Below are positions 62,741-64,000 of a stretch of 64,000 nucleotides of DNA, one piece after another (the stretch's first letter is position 1; each line of letters begins with the position of its first letter). The notes beneath the pieces are model-generated. The model was not told the DNA's origin and did not search any database. It was given only the letters and a program-made list of their open reading frames with translations. Source of the stretch: Camelus ferus (taxonomy: Eukaryota); contig NC_045697.1 of NCBI RefSeq assembly GCF_009834535.1, forward strand, positions 12,836,001-12,900,000. The letters run 5' to 3'. The translations under genes and the position numbers were made by a program.

Positions 62741-63859
62741 CGTCATTAAAATCTTAGCCCTTATTTGAAGGCAAATCCATAAATGCTTTGTTGTATGCCC
62801 CCTCAATCTGACCTTGACCAATGAAAGCTTCTAACACAAATGGCACTGGCATTGTTATTGCTATGGATGAATATGCATTAAAATATGTCTGCATTTCTCA
62901 CTGATAGTCTAACTACGGAAATAGTCATGTTGACTCCTGTTATAACTAACCAGAGGGCATCCAGTGATACCTAATGTAAAGTAGACAGCTTCCCAATAAG
63001 GTTAAGGGAATTGAAGTCAGAGAGAAGTGCCTTGCCCCAGGCTCCAGACGGTGGCTGAGCTGGGATGAGACCTGTTGCATCCTTTTCTACGAGCCTTCTC
63101 TGCCCTCTAAAACACGCTGCATCAGCCTGTGCCTCGGGTCACAATTTAATTCCATGTTTTAGTTTTTGGTCAGGTTTGGAATGACTGTTATCTGACTTGC
63201 AATTTCCTTTGTCCTCATTAGTGAAAAGGTCAAAATGTTTGACTATAACCAAAACCCACCTCTAGTAAACGGCAGGCCTTCTTTGTCACTTTCCTCAGTC
63301 TCAAAGCTGTAGGACAGAAAACTGTAAAAGCCTCTCGTATGCAATACAAATTAGATATGGCATTAGAGGACTGAGAAAGTTTTGGAAACTAAATCTCAAA
63401 GGGTCATTAAATAACTTACTTTTAGGTCAGTGTTCATTTTCTCATAAAATGTGGATCACCCAAGGAAATAAAAATTACAAAAAAATCTTTTATCAAAACG
63501 CTAGTGGAAATTTAATTTTAAAAGGAAGAGCTTGCTCTGTTTTCCACCATGGAGGCTAAGCTCTGGAGAATTGCTGTGTTGAATCTGTGCTGTGTTCCTC
63601 ATATAGGCAGTGCCTTCTAACAGAGAACACAAACGGAAGCATTTGTCTGCACTTTGCTTATTAAACCACTTAGAAGTAAGTTATTTTGATTTGGAACTAC
63701 TGAGGTTCAGTTATAAAAACTCGGAAAGCATGCTGTTTGGTAATGTGCTGACATTTGTTTACTGTGCTAATGTCTGAACTTTCTCATTCACGCTCACATG
63801 ACATTCTGAGAGTGTTGTAAATGACGGCATTTTAAATGCATCATCATCCAACTTCATAC

Positions 63860-63889
63860 CTGCCGTGCAACTGCATGTTCTGTAAGCAT
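63860..63889 (-). other. Candidate 30-nt microexon
   Basis: Minus strand: ttgtttcacttcag|ATGCTTACAGAACATGCAGTTGCACGGCAG|gtatga. All three frames are open and the context is non-repeat. Confidence 0.35.
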
Positions 63890-64000
63890 CTGAAGTGAAA
63901 CAATTTAATATTGATCTTATTTTTTTCCCAACAAACAACGCCCTCTCTGGGCTTTCCTGTAATCTACTAGAAAGTCCAAGCAAGAAACCTGGAGTTTATC

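Noticed and set aside
1..64000. CRISPR arrays, operons, tRNA/rRNA genes, CpG island, NUMT or viral insert
   Set aside because: I saw no repeat-spacer periodicity, gene-dense coding, structured RNA gene, CpG-rich island, or mitochondrial or viral-like segment. The sequence looks like typical mammalian intronic or intergenic DNA

Overview
Eutherian mammalian genomic DNA: AT-rich, CpG-depleted and dominated by interspersed repeats. It carries ancient pan-mammalian elements (MIR, L2, an L3/CR1 reverse-transcriptase relic, MER5/MER20/MER58 hAT fossils, MLT1/MLT2/MER21 solo LTRs, old L1M/HAL1) and a younger L1 family whose 3' end ('...aaactgactatacttcaat-polyA') is cetartiodactyl-like. I saw no Alu, B1/B2, Bov-tA/BovB, PRE-1, SINEC or ERE SINEs, so a camelid origin is plausible (inference). 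I recognise no protein-coding gene. The listed ORFs are L1 fragments, microsatellite translations or chance. The best non-repeat signals are a motif-dense promoter/enhancer-like block at ~17.6-19.0 kb and several minus-strand exon candidates (63860-63889, 28679-28753, a first exon ending at 18182, 1985-2107), which suggest an unidentified minus-strand transcript. The best-supported structural findings are two 5'-inverted (twin-primed) L1 insertions and a rearranged L1 cluster at 57.9-60.9 kb. I found no convincing novel biological system. Repeat family names come from by-eye recognition of consensus-like segments, and most boundaries are approximate.
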